From positions 1-60,584 of IMG/VR virus record IMGVR_UViG_3300045988_119623: 60,584 nucleotides of DNA; one strand, written 5' to 3'. The DNA is from a virus. Below the pieces are notes generated by a model. That model was not told where the DNA came from. It did not search any database and saw only the letters and a program-made list of their open reading frames with translations. Shown one piece after another: positions 43,420 to 51,851 of the stretch. Within the stretch, counting starts at the first letter, position 1. The number at the start of each line of letters is the position of its first letter. A program made the position numbers and the translations under genes.

Positions 43420-43811
43420 GAAGTGTTAAGGAGATTTTAGCAAACGAAAAGTTTCAAGCCGACAAGAAAAATGATTTTGCTTTTGAAGGCTTAGTATTGA
43501 CAGGCTTCCTGCATCTGCCGGGAATCAAAAAGAGCTTGCAGTGTGTTGTAGGCGTTGAGTCTGACCCTGATGGCAACCAATGGGAGCATGTAAGCGTAAA
43601 ATTCTGTGGCACAACAAATAAAACGCCGTCATGGGAAGTTATGTGCCAGGTTAAAGATGTATTTTGGTTGCCGGAAGAAGAAGTTCATCAGATTCACCCA
43701 AAGAAAAGTGAGTATTTACACGGTGTAGGCAGGATATACGATGTTTTACACCTGTATCGTCCTGTAGGTGGCTGGAAGCAGAATCCGAATAGAGGTGAAA
43801 GTAATGGCTGA
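43416..43811 (+). CDS. Hypothetical protein
   Basis: SD AAGGAG upstream. Confidence 0.55.
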   Translation: MRSVKEILANEKFQADKKNDFAFEGLVLTGFLHLPGIKKSLQCVVGVESDPDGNQWEHVSVKFCGTTNKTPSWEVMCQVKDVFWLPEEEVHQIHPKKSEYLHGVGRIYDVLHLYRPVGGWKQNPNRGESNG

Positions 43812-44052
43812 TTTTTCCTTAAAGACAAAGTTTTCCGTGGATGGCGAAAGTTATCTGTTATCTACAGTTAAATTGCATTGGTGTTACAAGCCAAGTTATG
43901 AAACAATGCTCTTTAAATTTGACAGAAAAAATAGAGTAAGCTACAAAGATTTGTATTGTCAAAAATATCATACGCAACAAGAAGCTGAAGCAGGACACAA
44001 AGATTTGCTCTTGCGTGTTGAGCACGGAGAAAGGTTTTGGGAAACAGTATGA
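43804..44052 (+). CDS. Hypothetical protein
   Basis: Start overlaps the preceding gene. Confidence 0.5.
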   Translation: MADFSLKTKFSVDGESYLLSTVKLHWCYKPSYETMLFKFDRKNRVSYKDLYCQKYHTQQEAEAGHKDLLLRVEHGERFWETV

Positions 44053-44228
44053 CTTGTAGGCATCAATATAAGGTAAATACCGCTAAATACAAAGGTCAGA
44101 CAATTTACAACATCTCATGCACAAAATGCGGAATGCGAACAGTATGGGTAGAAAACCTTGAGCTTGCGAAAGAATTTATGCGCTCATGTGATGAGATGTT
44201 ACTTGTTAAAAGAGGTAATTACAAATGA
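44049..44228 (+). CDS. Small zinc-ribbon protein
   Basis: Cysteine pattern C..H...CTKCG. Confidence 0.45.
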   Translation: MTCRHQYKVNTAKYKGQTIYNISCTKCGMRTVWVENLELAKEFMRSCDEMLLVKRGNYK

Positions 44229-44344
44229 CTAAAATATTAAATGCAATTATCGACATGATCACGGTTATATTAATCATCGGTATACCTGCTATGCTTGGCG
44301 CTTTGGTAGGTGCTGCGATTGGGTGGTTAGTATGGATGTGGTAA
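44225..44344 (+). CDS. 39-aa TM micro-protein
   Basis: ATGA overlap with the upstream gene. Sequence MTKILNAIIDMITVILIIGIPAMLGALVGAAIGWLVWMW. Confidence 0.35.
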   Translation: MTKILNAIIDMITVILIIGIPAMLGALVGAAIGWLVWMW

Positions 44345-44455
44345 AGCGTAGACAGCAAAAACTGAAATATTATCGTTACTGCCTGCGTAAAGCACATCCG
44401 CTGTTCCGGGCGAGCGTTGTAGACTATGAAGTACGTATGGAAATGAGGAAAAAAT

Positions 44456-44683
44456 ATGGTAAATAGAGATTTAGACGGAATTTATTTTAGAGTAAAGCGT
44501 GGCAAACGTTGGGAAAGCGTTTGCTTTAGCGATTTGACAGACGAAAAAATGGACAAGGTGCTGGAAGGACGCACGGCTGATTGGCTGAAAAGCACTTGCA
44601 AAATCCTGGGCAGAACTATTAGAAACATCGGTGACAGCCTGGATATTTGCTGTGGTGATGAGGAGGAAGTAATGCTTGCATAA
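44456..44683 (+). CDS. Hypothetical protein (75 aa)
   Basis: ORF in the early operon. Confidence 0.5.
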   Translation: MVNRDLDGIYFRVKRGKRWESVCFSDLTDEKMDKVLEGRTADWLKSTCKILGRTIRNIGDSLDICCGDEEEVMLA

Positions 44684-44701
44684 AATTTTGCTGAAATCAT
44701 C

Positions 44702-44839
44702 ATGAATGAATGGCTTGATGATTATGAGCTTGTTGCAGAAGTTGACGGCAAACAATACGCTGCTAAAAAGGTCGAAACAGACGAAGCAAATGGCAAGCGT
44801 ATATGTATTTTGATGGCGGAGGAAGAGGAGAAAGAGTAA
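44702..44839 (+). CDS. 45-aa acidic micro-protein
   Basis: ORF read by hand; TAATG overlap with the next ORF. Confidence 0.35.
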   Translation: MNEWLDDYELVAEVDGKQYAAKKVETDEANGKRICILMAEEEEKE

Positions 44840-45087
44840 TGGCTGAATCAATAAAGAACTGCGCAAGGCGGGTTAAGAAACGTCGCGAGGCAGGAGTATT
44901 CCGCCGCTGCTACATATTGGGACGCAAACAAGGTAGAATGATGTGCTTTACCGCACGGAAAATTTATAGGTTCGAGATGGTGAGATGGCACATTACCTTT
45001 TGTCGGCGAATCCATTTGTATGGAAAAAGAATATGCGTGGAACGCCACACGTATTTTTATGGTGGGGGACAAAATAATGAACGCTAA
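44839..45087 (+). CDS. Arg/Cys-rich 82-aa ORF
   Basis: SD GGAGGAAGAGG upstream. The opposite strand is also open over this stretch. Confidence 0.35.
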   Translation: MAESIKNCARRVKKRREAGVFRRCYILGRKQGRMMCFTARKIYRFEMVRWHITFCRRIHLYGKRICVERHTYFYGGGQNNER

Positions 45088-45286
45088 ACAACGTGATAGA
45101 CATGAGAAAAAAATGTATCTCAAGGGGCTGCGGTACGGTGCCAGATATGAGGTTATAACTACACCTGCCGCCCGCGAACTGATTATTAATAAGCAGAAAA
45201 GACGCGGGCAGCAGATTTTGCGGTACTACAAACGCCGCAAGGATGCTGCTTACGCGTGGCTGAAAAAAGAAATGGAGGAAGAATAA
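45077..45286 (+). CDS. Basic 69-aa protein
   Basis: SD GGTGGGGGA upstream. Confidence 0.45.
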   Translation: MNAKQRDRHEKKMYLKGLRYGARYEVITTPAARELIINKQKRRGQQILRYYKRRKDAAYAWLKKEMEEE

Positions 45287-45648
45287 TGAATGAACCGATT
45301 ATTTCGCCGTGGGTGATTTACTGGGCCGGAAGAATAGACTTTATTCAAGCGTTTTGCTGCATAGTAGGTTTTCTTGTAACTATATATGCCATGATAGCTA
45401 CAATAGCAGTTATGACAGACAATAATAAGGATAAAGAATCCGTTAAGGCAGTTAAAATACTTGTTTGTACGGCTTTGCTTTTAGATACTTTGGGGGTATT
45501 TCTCCCAACAGAAAAAGAAATATACGCTATGTATGCGGCACAATATATAACACCTGCCAACATCAAAGCAACAGGCGAATTTGCAGATAAGGCTGTAGAT
45601 AAGCTGATTGAGAAAATTTTAAAAGCAAGCGAAGCTACAAAGGAGTAG
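45286..45648 (+). CDS. Membrane protein (2-3 TM segments)
   Basis: SD GGAGGAAG upstream; hydrophobic segments present. Confidence 0.55.
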   Translation: MNEPIISPWVIYWAGRIDFIQAFCCIVGFLVTIYAMIATIAVMTDNNKDKESVKAVKILVCTALLLDTLGVFLPTEKEIYAMYAAQYITPANIKATGEFADKAVDKLIEKILKASEATKE

Positions 45649-45651
45649 ACT

Positions 45652-45996
45652 ATGACAATCAAGGAACTATATCAATATGCTATGGAACATGATAATGAAA
45701 ACCTGCCGCTTCAATATGGTTTTGTCGATGACAATGGCATCTATTATCCGGACTATTTCAGATTTGCTGATTTTGATTACAATACCGACAATGTAACGAT
45801 GATGTTTTATGTTGCTGGAGATAAAGAAGCTAAAGGGTTGCAGAAAAATACAGGTTCTATAATGGAATATGTGGGAGCAGGAGATGATGCAGCTATGGGC
45901 GTATACAAATGCTCTCAATGTGGCTCTGAGGTGCAGAATTATGAATACTATGATTTTTGCCCTTGGTGTGGTCGTAAAATTAAGGGGTGGGAGTAA
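45652..45996 (+). CDS. Hypothetical protein with a C-terminal zinc ribbon
   Basis: Motif 'CSQCGSEV...CPWCG'. Confidence 0.55.
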   Translation: MTIKELYQYAMEHDNENLPLQYGFVDDNGIYYPDYFRFADFDYNTDNVTMMFYVAGDKEAKGLQKNTGSIMEYVGAGDDAAMGVYKCSQCGSEVQNYEYYDFCPWCGRKIKGWE

Positions 45997-46082
45997 TGAT
46001 TGACTATAAAAAAGCAGAACAGGCAAAAAGATTGCTTGATGAAAGCGGTGTAAATTATGTGCTCGCTATGGAGGGATTATAA
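45996..46082 (+). pseudogene. 28-aa truncated paralogue of gene 49575..49841
   Basis: 'IDYKKAEQAKRLLDESGVNYVLA' compared with 'INYKKAEQAKELLQECGASFIIA'. Confidence 0.35.
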
Positions 46083-46084
46083 AT

Positions 46085-46249
46085 ATGTTAGATAGAGAAA
46101 ATTTCGATAAAGAGATGACTATTTTAAAAGAAAAATTAAATGAGCTTGGGTACAAAAGAGTGAAGATAATGCGTACTGTAATCTCTAGTGATAGTAGCGC
46201 TGTTGCAATTCAATTAGCAGTAATGAAAAATTTTAAACAAAAGTATTAA
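46085..46249 (+). CDS. 54-aa hypothetical protein
   Basis: ORF read by hand. Confidence 0.4.
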   Translation: MLDRENFDKEMTILKEKLNELGYKRVKIMRTVISSDSSAVAIQLAVMKNFKQKY

Positions 46250-46366
46250 TAAAAACTTTTTCGATGCAACAGAATAATGACGTATGACGCAGTTTGCGAA
46301 CTACGAGAAATGGTATCACAGGCAGCGGCAATCCATATAGAAAGAGAGAAGAAGGAGTGATAACTG

Positions 46367-46600
46367 ATGAAAAAATATATTGTTATCGGCAAAGTAACAG
46401 CTTTTATCTCGGTAGAAATAGAAGCAGAAAATAAAAAAGAAGCCATTGAAAAGGCTTACGAAGAGTGCTCTGGGCCTATGAATTTTGTCGGCAATGGTGG
46501 ATGTGACAAATTAATTGGGGTATGCGATACAGATGATGCTATCGTTAGCATTGCATGCGATGATGAAGTCGAATACACCGAAGTAGAAGAAGTTGAATAA
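46367..46600 (+). CDS. Acidic 77-aa protein
   Basis: SD AAGGAG upstream. Confidence 0.5.
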   Translation: MKKYIVIGKVTAFISVEIEAENKKEAIEKAYEECSGPMNFVGNGGCDKLIGVCDTDDAIVSIACDDEVEYTEVEEVE

Positions 46601-46617
46601 ATAGGAGGTGCTAAGTA

Positions 46618-46785
46618 ATGACGGTAGCAGAATTTTTTAAATGGGCAGTCAAAAATGACTGTGAGGATAAGCAAGTTGTGATTTATGCTCACGATAACGT
46701 GGGGAAAGAAGTTGAAAACTGGCTAGACGAAGATTATTTAGAAGAACGTAATGGATGTGTAAGCATTGATTGTATATGGGAGTGA
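46618..46785 (+). CDS. 55-aa hypothetical protein
   Basis: SD AGGAGGTG upstream. Confidence 0.4.
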   Translation: MTVAEFFKWAVKNDCEDKQVVIYAHDNVGKEVENWLDEDYLEERNGCVSIDCIWE

Positions 46786-46789
46786 TAAC

Positions 46790-46945
46790 ATGGCAGAATT
46801 ATTATTAACTGCTGGAACTGACGACGAAATATTTACCATCCTTGGTCTAATTGTTATGCCGCTTTTTGCGTATCTTGTATATATAGGCTTTTTTTGCAAT
46901 GAATGTGATGAATGCAAAAAGAAATGGAGGAAAGGAAATGGCTAA
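46790..46945 (+). CDS. 51-aa TM protein with a CxxCxxC tail
   Basis: ORF read by hand. Confidence 0.35.
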   Translation: MAELLLTAGTDDEIFTILGLIVMPLFAYLVYIGFFCNECDECKKKWRKGNG

Positions 46946-47192
46946 TATATATGATGCTAGAGATTTAGCAGATAAAATCCATTATATGGGTCAAGAACGA
47001 GCCGCTAGAAATTTGCTAGTCAAAATGAATACTGTACCTGTAGAGCAGATTGCTACTATGACCGAACTTGACGTTTATGAAGCTATCCTAGAAAAGTATA
47101 AATTTATTGTATCCGATAGTGAAAATATTCTTCTAGTTGAAAAAGATAAGCTGGAAGATTTTAATAAAATAGCTGTCTGGTTAAGCAGATGA
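46938..47192 (+). CDS. Hypothetical protein (84 aa)
   Basis: SD GGAGGAAAGG upstream. Confidence 0.5.
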   Translation: MANIYDARDLADKIHYMGQERAARNLLVKMNTVPVEQIATMTELDVYEAILEKYKFIVSDSENILLVEKDKLEDFNKIAVWLSR

Positions 47193-47255
47193 CTAATTTT
47201 TATAGAAGAATTATCAATCGTGGCAGTTATTGAGAGAAATTAAAGGAGTGGTAAC

Positions 47256-47414
47256 ATGGCTAAAGTTAAAAATGTAAATTGTAAATGTTCGGCGGCGTGT
47301 CGTACATGGTTCTGCTGCCAATATTGCGATTTAAAGACATCTTGTAAAAATCCTTGTGAAAACGCTTTTAAGACAAAGCTCTGCGAACACTTTGAAAAGA
47401 GAGAAGATGAATAA
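47256..47414 (+). CDS. 52-aa protein with 10 Cys residues
   Basis: SD AAAGGAG upstream. Sequence MAKVKNVNCKCSAACRTWFCCQYCDLKTSCKNPCENAFKTKLCEHF... Confidence 0.4.
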   Translation: MAKVKNVNCKCSAACRTWFCCQYCDLKTSCKNPCENAFKTKLCEHFEKREDE

Positions 47415-47676
47415 CATGACTAAACATTTATGCTGTTCAGCATTTGGAAAAATCTACTATGCCAATGTCAATGACAAAGGCATTATTACAGGACAAAAAA
47501 TTGACTTAACAGAGGACGCTGTTGTAGCTGTCATGGATAAATTGAGTTGGTTAGCTATTGCTAAAAAGCCTTTTGACGGCAAGGCAGAAATTGAAATCAA
47601 CGGCTTTAAGTTGATTTTTGACGGCACAGGCAATTCGTGGTTTATGAAAAATTACGGAGGTAAAGAAAGTGAGTAA
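47407..47676 (+). CDS. Hypothetical protein
   Basis: ORF present; the start is uncertain (47407 or 47416). Confidence 0.5.
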   Translation: MNNMTKHLCCSAFGKIYYANVNDKGIITGQKIDLTEDAVVAVMDKLSWLAIAKKPFDGKAEIEINGFKLIFDGTGNSWFMKNYGGKESE

Positions 47677-48091
47677 AAATCTTATCCCGGAAATCGCTAA
47701 GATGCTGGGCGTGGAATTGGGCGAGGCATTTAAAGTAAAAGGAGACGATGAATTAACTTATAAATTTACTAATGATGGTTTAGTTTTAATTCAAACTGAT
47801 GGTTTTGGCTTAGAATTAGAATTAGCAGATGTTGCCGCTAAGGTAGCACTTTGCAGTTTACTTAATGGTAAAGACGAAATCGTCAAACTCCCGTGGAAGC
47901 CGAAAATGTTTGAAACTTACCGTTCTTTTGATATTGTATATGGAAAGTTAGTTGTTTGCTACCTAAAATGGACAGGACTACCTTACCAATATGCCTTACT
48001 TGACAAAGGCTGGGTATACCGCACAAAGGAAGAGGCGCAAGCTGCGTTGCCAGCCGTGGCAAAGGAAATAGGCATGAAGTATGAGCCTTAA
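47669..48091 (+). CDS. Hypothetical protein (140 aa)
   Basis: SD GGAGG upstream of a GTG start. Confidence 0.55.
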   Translation: MSKNLIPEIAKMLGVELGEAFKVKGDDELTYKFTNDGLVLIQTDGFGLELELADVAAKVALCSLLNGKDEIVKLPWKPKMFETYRSFDIVYGKLVVCYLKWTGLPYQYALLDKGWVYRTKEEAQAALPAVAKEIGMKYEP

Positions 48092-48278
48092 AAGAAAATT
48101 TAAAAGAAATAATATTTCTGTAAATAATCTTCCGTGTGAGCGTAAATGCGGCGTTTGTCATGGTAAGATGCAGTTAAAACAGGTCGGTGAAGAATTTATG
48201 TATATTTGCGGGTGTGGACGTGTAAAGCAAGAGAAAACTGCAACATGTTGCAAAAATCTCTTGTACGAGCTGTTGTAA
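48081..48278 (+). CDS. Zinc-ribbon protein (65 aa)
   Basis: Motif 'CERKCGVCHG...CGCG'. Confidence 0.45.
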   Translation: MSLKRKFKRNNISVNNLPCERKCGVCHGKMQLKQVGEEFMYICGCGRVKQEKTATCCKNLLYELL

Positions 48279-48327
48279 AAAACGCAACAGCTCAAAATCC
48301 CTTGAAAAAGTTAAGGAGATGAAAAAA

Positions 48328-48435
48328 ATGAACAACAAACCTATATGCGGTGAATGGCATGGTAATGATGTTATGCCGAACGGAGATAAACTCTGTATTT
48401 TGAAGTCAAAGTCGGAGAAGCGTCAGAAATACTAA
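48328..48435 (+). CDS. 35-aa micro-protein
   Basis: SD AAGGAG lies 9 nt upstream. Confidence 0.35.
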   Translation: MNNKPICGEWHGNDVMPNGDKLCILKSKSEKRQKY

Positions 48436-48544
48436 TTGGCTACAGGCAATGTGACGAAATCGTTAGAGAAAATAGTTGCTACGAATTCGTATGCTTTTTT
48501 GAAGATGCCGTAATTCGCTGGTGCTATATTGATTTAAATTAAGC

Positions 48545-48664
48545 CCTAGGGTGCGGCGGCTGGGTTGCCGAATGGCAGTAGATGTTAGTTGCGAATAGGA
48601 ATTGATGAATATTCGTAGCGAAGCCGTATAGCTGATGTCAAGAATTCCCACGCCGCCGCTTTTT
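48545..48664 (+). ncRNA. GC-rich structured RNA candidate (unclassified)
   Basis: TGcTATATT extended -10 at 48522..48530. A 12-bp closing stem pairs 48553..48564 with 48647..48659, encloses at least 2 hairpins, and ends in T5. No plausible ORF. Confidence 0.4.
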
Positions 48665-48678
48665 ATAAGGAGGTAAAA

Positions 48679-48837
48679 ATGAAAAAAATAAAAACTATAG
48701 AAGCTATAGAAGCTGCCCGGCTCATAAAGGCAATGTGCAGCAAGCGGAAACGCTGCAAAGGTTGCATCTTTCACGATACTAAAACCGTTTCGCCTTGCAA
48801 ATTGACAATTTTTCCCGATATATGGGAGGTTGATTAA
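48679..48837 (+). CDS. 52-aa Cys-containing protein
   Basis: SD AAGGAGG upstream. Confidence 0.45.
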   Translation: MKKIKTIEAIEAARLIKAMCSKRKRCKGCIFHDTKTVSPCKLTIFPDIWEVD

Positions 48838-49146
48838 ATGATTAACAAAGAACAAATCAGACGTATGTTGGATATTGCAGACATTAAGACATCGGCACGA
48901 CTGATGCTACTTGTTGTCGAGATTGTAGAACTGCAGGCGGACTTAAAAGCGTTGGAGTCGCTTGTACAGATGCAGTATGATAGTCACGCAGTAGATGCTG
49001 CTAAAAATCATGTACGGCAACAGCCTGAGTATATGGAGATTAACAACGAATTAAAGAAAGCTGCAGAAGCTGTTGCAAAGGCTATTAGCGACCCAGAGGC
49101 ACGTTTAAGAGCTATGTTTAATGCTAAAATACGTGGAGATATGTAA
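48838..49146 (+). CDS. Coiled-coil hypothetical protein
   Basis: ATG immediately follows the upstream stop codon. Confidence 0.55.
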   Translation: MINKEQIRRMLDIADIKTSARLMLLVVEIVELQADLKALESLVQMQYDSHAVDAAKNHVRQQPEYMEINNELKKAAEAVAKAISDPEARLRAMFNAKIRGDM

Positions 49147-49161
49147 ATTGGAGCAAAAACA

Positions 49162-49578
49162 ATGAAGATATTAAAATTCTCACCAATTAAGCGTGAGCAG
49201 GGCAGAACTACTTGCCATTGCTACAAAGAAACTAACATCTATTGTGGTAGCAAAAAGCCTATTAGTTTTACAGTCGACCCGGATACAAAAATCTGCTTCT
49301 GTAATCACTGCGGTAATATGGTTGAACCTATCGTTGTGCTGGAGCTGATGTGTAATGATTGGGAAGAAATAGCAAAGGACTATGACAGAGCAAGGAAGCA
49401 GACGTTAAGATGCTATGAGATCGGCACGAAGTTTCGACCATATAAACGTGTGCTAAAGATGCTACAGGAACATATGGGACGAAAGAATGATATGATGCCG
49501 ATTTGTCCGCATTGCCGGGAGAAAATAGATTTGGAAAAGTTAGCTAATGGCGTTTGGATAAGAAAGGAGGAAAAATGA
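49162..49578 (+). CDS. Zinc-finger hypothetical protein
   Basis: Cysteine pairs CxxC...CPHC. Confidence 0.55.
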   Translation: MKILKFSPIKREQGRTTCHCYKETNIYCGSKKPISFTVDPDTKICFCNHCGNMVEPIVVLELMCNDWEEIAKDYDRARKQTLRCYEIGTKFRPYKRVLKMLQEHMGRKNDMMPICPHCREKIDLEKLANGVWIRKEEK

Positions 49579-49841
49579 TGATTAATTACAAGAAAGCCGA
49601 ACAGGCGAAAGAACTGCTACAAGAATGTGGAGCATCTTTTATAATTGCCTATAATAACAGCAATAACGATGATGTTGTTTGTGCATCAGGTAATTATATT
49701 ATCCTTAAAAGTTTGATCATTGGTACGATGGCGCAGGCAGCATTAGGTGTGCGTGGCAAATATGGTGAAGAAATGGCTATGCAAGAATTAATGAGCATGA
49801 TGACAGAAGCGGCGAAATTAGTTCATTACAATAAGGAGTAA
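49575..49841 (+). CDS. Hypothetical protein; full-length paralogue of 45996..46082
   Basis: SD AAGGAGG upstream. Confidence 0.55.
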   Translation: MMINYKKAEQAKELLQECGASFIIAYNNSNNDDVVCASGNYIILKSLIIGTMAQAALGVRGKYGEEMAMQELMSMMTEAAKLVHYNKE

Positions 49842-49845
49842 AAAA

Positions 49846-50163
49846 ATGAAACGTGAAAAATTAATTGTCCTGCTGTTTGCATTCAGATATGCAGTACATC
49901 GTTTAGGTACACAGGCGTTAGTAGACATTGAAAACGAGCTTATCGCCAATATGGAAAAATTCCCGGATTGGATGTTACAGCAAATGCAAATTTCTCTTGA
50001 AGGCAATTTTGAGTATATGCAATACAAACTAGAGGAAACTGGAAGAATCGCTTTAGACGATGATTGCCGCTTTCAAAAGCCGCTGCTTGATGCAGTAAAA
50101 GCACAAAGAGCAAAGTTAGCAGAGATTGCCAGAGGTGCAACCAATGGAAATATGCTTAATTGA
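49846..50163 (+). CDS. Hypothetical protein
   Basis: SD AAGGAG upstream. Confidence 0.55.
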   Translation: MKREKLIVLLFAFRYAVHRLGTQALVDIENELIANMEKFPDWMLQQMQISLEGNFEYMQYKLEETGRIALDDDCRFQKPLLDAVKAQRAKLAEIARGATNGNMLN

Positions 50164-50237
50164 TATTGTCAGTTGCACACTGCTTGACGTAGCTGTTATG
50201 TGTGTAGCTTTATGGATGTTAAACAGGGAGTGGTAAT

Positions 50238-50345
50238 TTGAAATATTTACATCTTATTGCAAGTATTTGTATGGAAATTCTTGCTATTATGGGTACTATT
50301 GGAATCCTGGTTATAATCTGGAGAGATATTTTAGGAGGTTTTTAA
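50238..50345 (+). CDS. 35-aa TM micro-protein (TTG start)
   Basis: SD GGGAGTGG upstream. Sequence LKYLHLIASICMEILAIMGTIGILVIIWRDILGGF. Confidence 0.3.
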   Translation: MKYLHLIASICMEILAIMGTIGILVIIWRDILGGF

Positions 50346-50346
50346 G

Positions 50347-50787
50347 ATGATTAAATTTTTACCGACGATTGACGCACCAGCGAACACGAAGCTTCCGCAA
50401 CGTAGCACACAGTTTTCTGCTGGCTATGATTTTTATGCACCGACAGATATTTTTGTTCCAGCTGGCGGTGAAAGCGTACTTATTCCGCTGAACATCAAAG
50501 CTATTATGCCTGGCGATATGGTTCTGATGCTGTTCATCCGCAGCAGTCTTGCCGTTAAGTTCAATTTGTCGCTAGTTAACAGCGTAGGCATTATTGATAG
50601 CGATTATGCTAACAACCAGGACAATGACGGAAATATAGGTGTTAAATTCAGAAACAACGGCAGCGAAACCATCATCATCAGAGAAGGTGAACGCTGTGCA
50701 CAGGGAATCTTCGTCCGTTACTGCGTAACCTCGGACGATGAAGCAAGTGCTGTTCGTGGTGGCGGTTATGGCTCAACAGGACGCTAA
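50347..50787 (+). CDS. dut: dUTP diphosphatase (trimeric dUTPase)
   Basis: Motifs 'SAGYDFYAP', 'IRSSLAVK', 'VGIIDSDY' and 'GERCAQGIF'. Confidence 0.88.
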   Translation: MIKFLPTIDAPANTKLPQRSTQFSAGYDFYAPTDIFVPAGGESVLIPLNIKAIMPGDMVLMLFIRSSLAVKFNLSLVNSVGIIDSDYANNQDNDGNIGVKFRNNGSETIIIREGERCAQGIFVRYCVTSDDEASAVRGGGYGSTGR

Positions 50788-50944
50788 GATTTATCTTATT
50801 AGCTGGCGCAGTTTAATTTCGGGCGAGGTTGATTTTCACGACAGAGTGTTAGCTTCTTCGCCTGAAGAAGCTATAAAGATAGCTAGCAAAGGAGAATTTT
50901 CAGAACTTCTCGAGCTGTACGACCCGGAAGTAGAAGGAATGTAG
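50768..50944 (+). CDS. Hypothetical protein (58 aa)
   Basis: ORF overlapping the end of dut. Confidence 0.45.
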   Translation: MAQQDAKIYLISWRSLISGEVDFHDRVLASSPEEAIKIASKGEFSELLELYDPEVEGM

Positions 50945-50956
50945 GGAGTGTATAAA

Positions 50957-51322
50957 ATGCCGAAAAAAGAAAAAAGCATTGAAGAACAAATCAAAAAAGA
51001 AACAGCTATGCTTATAGACAGTTTTTTGCGGTGGGAACATATCCGGACCTACGGATGCCAAGACCCTTTTTATCCTGACGGCGAAAACATGAATTTAATA
51101 AGGAATCATATAATTTACGGAAAGAGCAGACTTGAAGAGCTGTGCACTGATATTCCTTTACCAGCTCAATATTATATGCCGACACCTGAGGAAGTTGACG
51201 CAAACTATATGGCTGCCAACGGAAAGTATTACGATTACCGGATAAAGAAGCTTGCAGGATCATATCCCGGCATTACCACTAAAACACCGAATGATATAAG
51301 CAACCAACAAGAATTATTTTAG
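50957..51322 (+). CDS. Hypothetical protein
   Basis: SD AGGGAG upstream. Confidence 0.55.
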   Translation: MPKKEKSIEEQIKKETAMLIDSFLRWEHIRTYGCQDPFYPDGENMNLIRNHIIYGKSRLEELCTDIPLPAQYYMPTPEEVDANYMAANGKYYDYRIKKLAGSYPGITTKTPNDISNQQELF

Positions 51323-51331
51323 AGGTGCTAC

Positions 51332-51511
51332 ATGAAAACACCATGCAGAGGATGCGAAGAAAGAAAAATAGGCTGCCACGCTACTTGTAATGCTTTTAGC
51401 GAATGGAAAATCCAGCAGTGTAAAATACTGAAAGCCATGTATCTTGAAACGCTTTCACCTACAGCTGGAGCAGTTGCCAGACACGAAAAATGGATAAAGG
51501 AGCATAAATAA
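51332..51511 (+). CDS. 59-aa Cys-rich protein
   Basis: SD AGAGGTG upstream; TAATG overlap with the next gene. Confidence 0.45.
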   Translation: MKTPCRGCEERKIGCHATCNAFSEWKIQQCKILKAMYLETLSPTAGAVARHEKWIKEHK

Positions 51512-51834
51512 TGAGTGCGTTTAAATCTCCATTTAGTTTTATAGGATTAAAAGATGATAAATACGTTATTGTCAAAGAAGCACCGAAGAATTCAAAAGAT
51601 AGCTTTACAATGCCGCTTCCTAAGGATAACGTAAATCATCCGAAACACTACACCAAAGGCGGTATTGAGTGTATAGATGCCCTAAAGGCTGCTACTGTTG
51701 GCAAAACAGGCATTGAAGCTGTCTGCGTTGCCAACATCATCAAATATTTATGGCGTTACGAAGAAAAAAACGGCGTAGAAGATTGCCTAAAAGCAAAGTG
51801 GTATCTTGACCGCCTTATCAAAGAACTTAAATAA
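51511..51834 (+). CDS. DUF3310-family phage protein
   Basis: Motif 'HPKHYTKGGIECIDA...IIKYLWRYEEKNGVEDCLKAKWYLDRL'. Confidence 0.7.
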   Translation: MSAFKSPFSFIGLKDDKYVIVKEAPKNSKDSFTMPLPKDNVNHPKHYTKGGIECIDALKAATVGKTGIEAVCVANIIKYLWRYEEKNGVEDCLKAKWYLDRLIKELK

Positions 51835-51851
51835 CAGAAGGGAGTAAGCGC

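Noticed and set aside
48600-48640. Hammerhead-like fragments (UGAUGA, CUGAUG, CGAA) in the structured RNA candidate
   Set aside because: The spacing and helices do not reproduce the hammerhead core: there is no stem II between the CUGAUGA-like and GAAA-like boxes.
48463-48855. 130-aa minus-strand ORF spanning the structured RNA region and the next gene
   Set aside because: It has no SD and an implausible sequence (FYSFYSFYFFHFY...). It overlaps a plus-strand gene that has a consensus SD.
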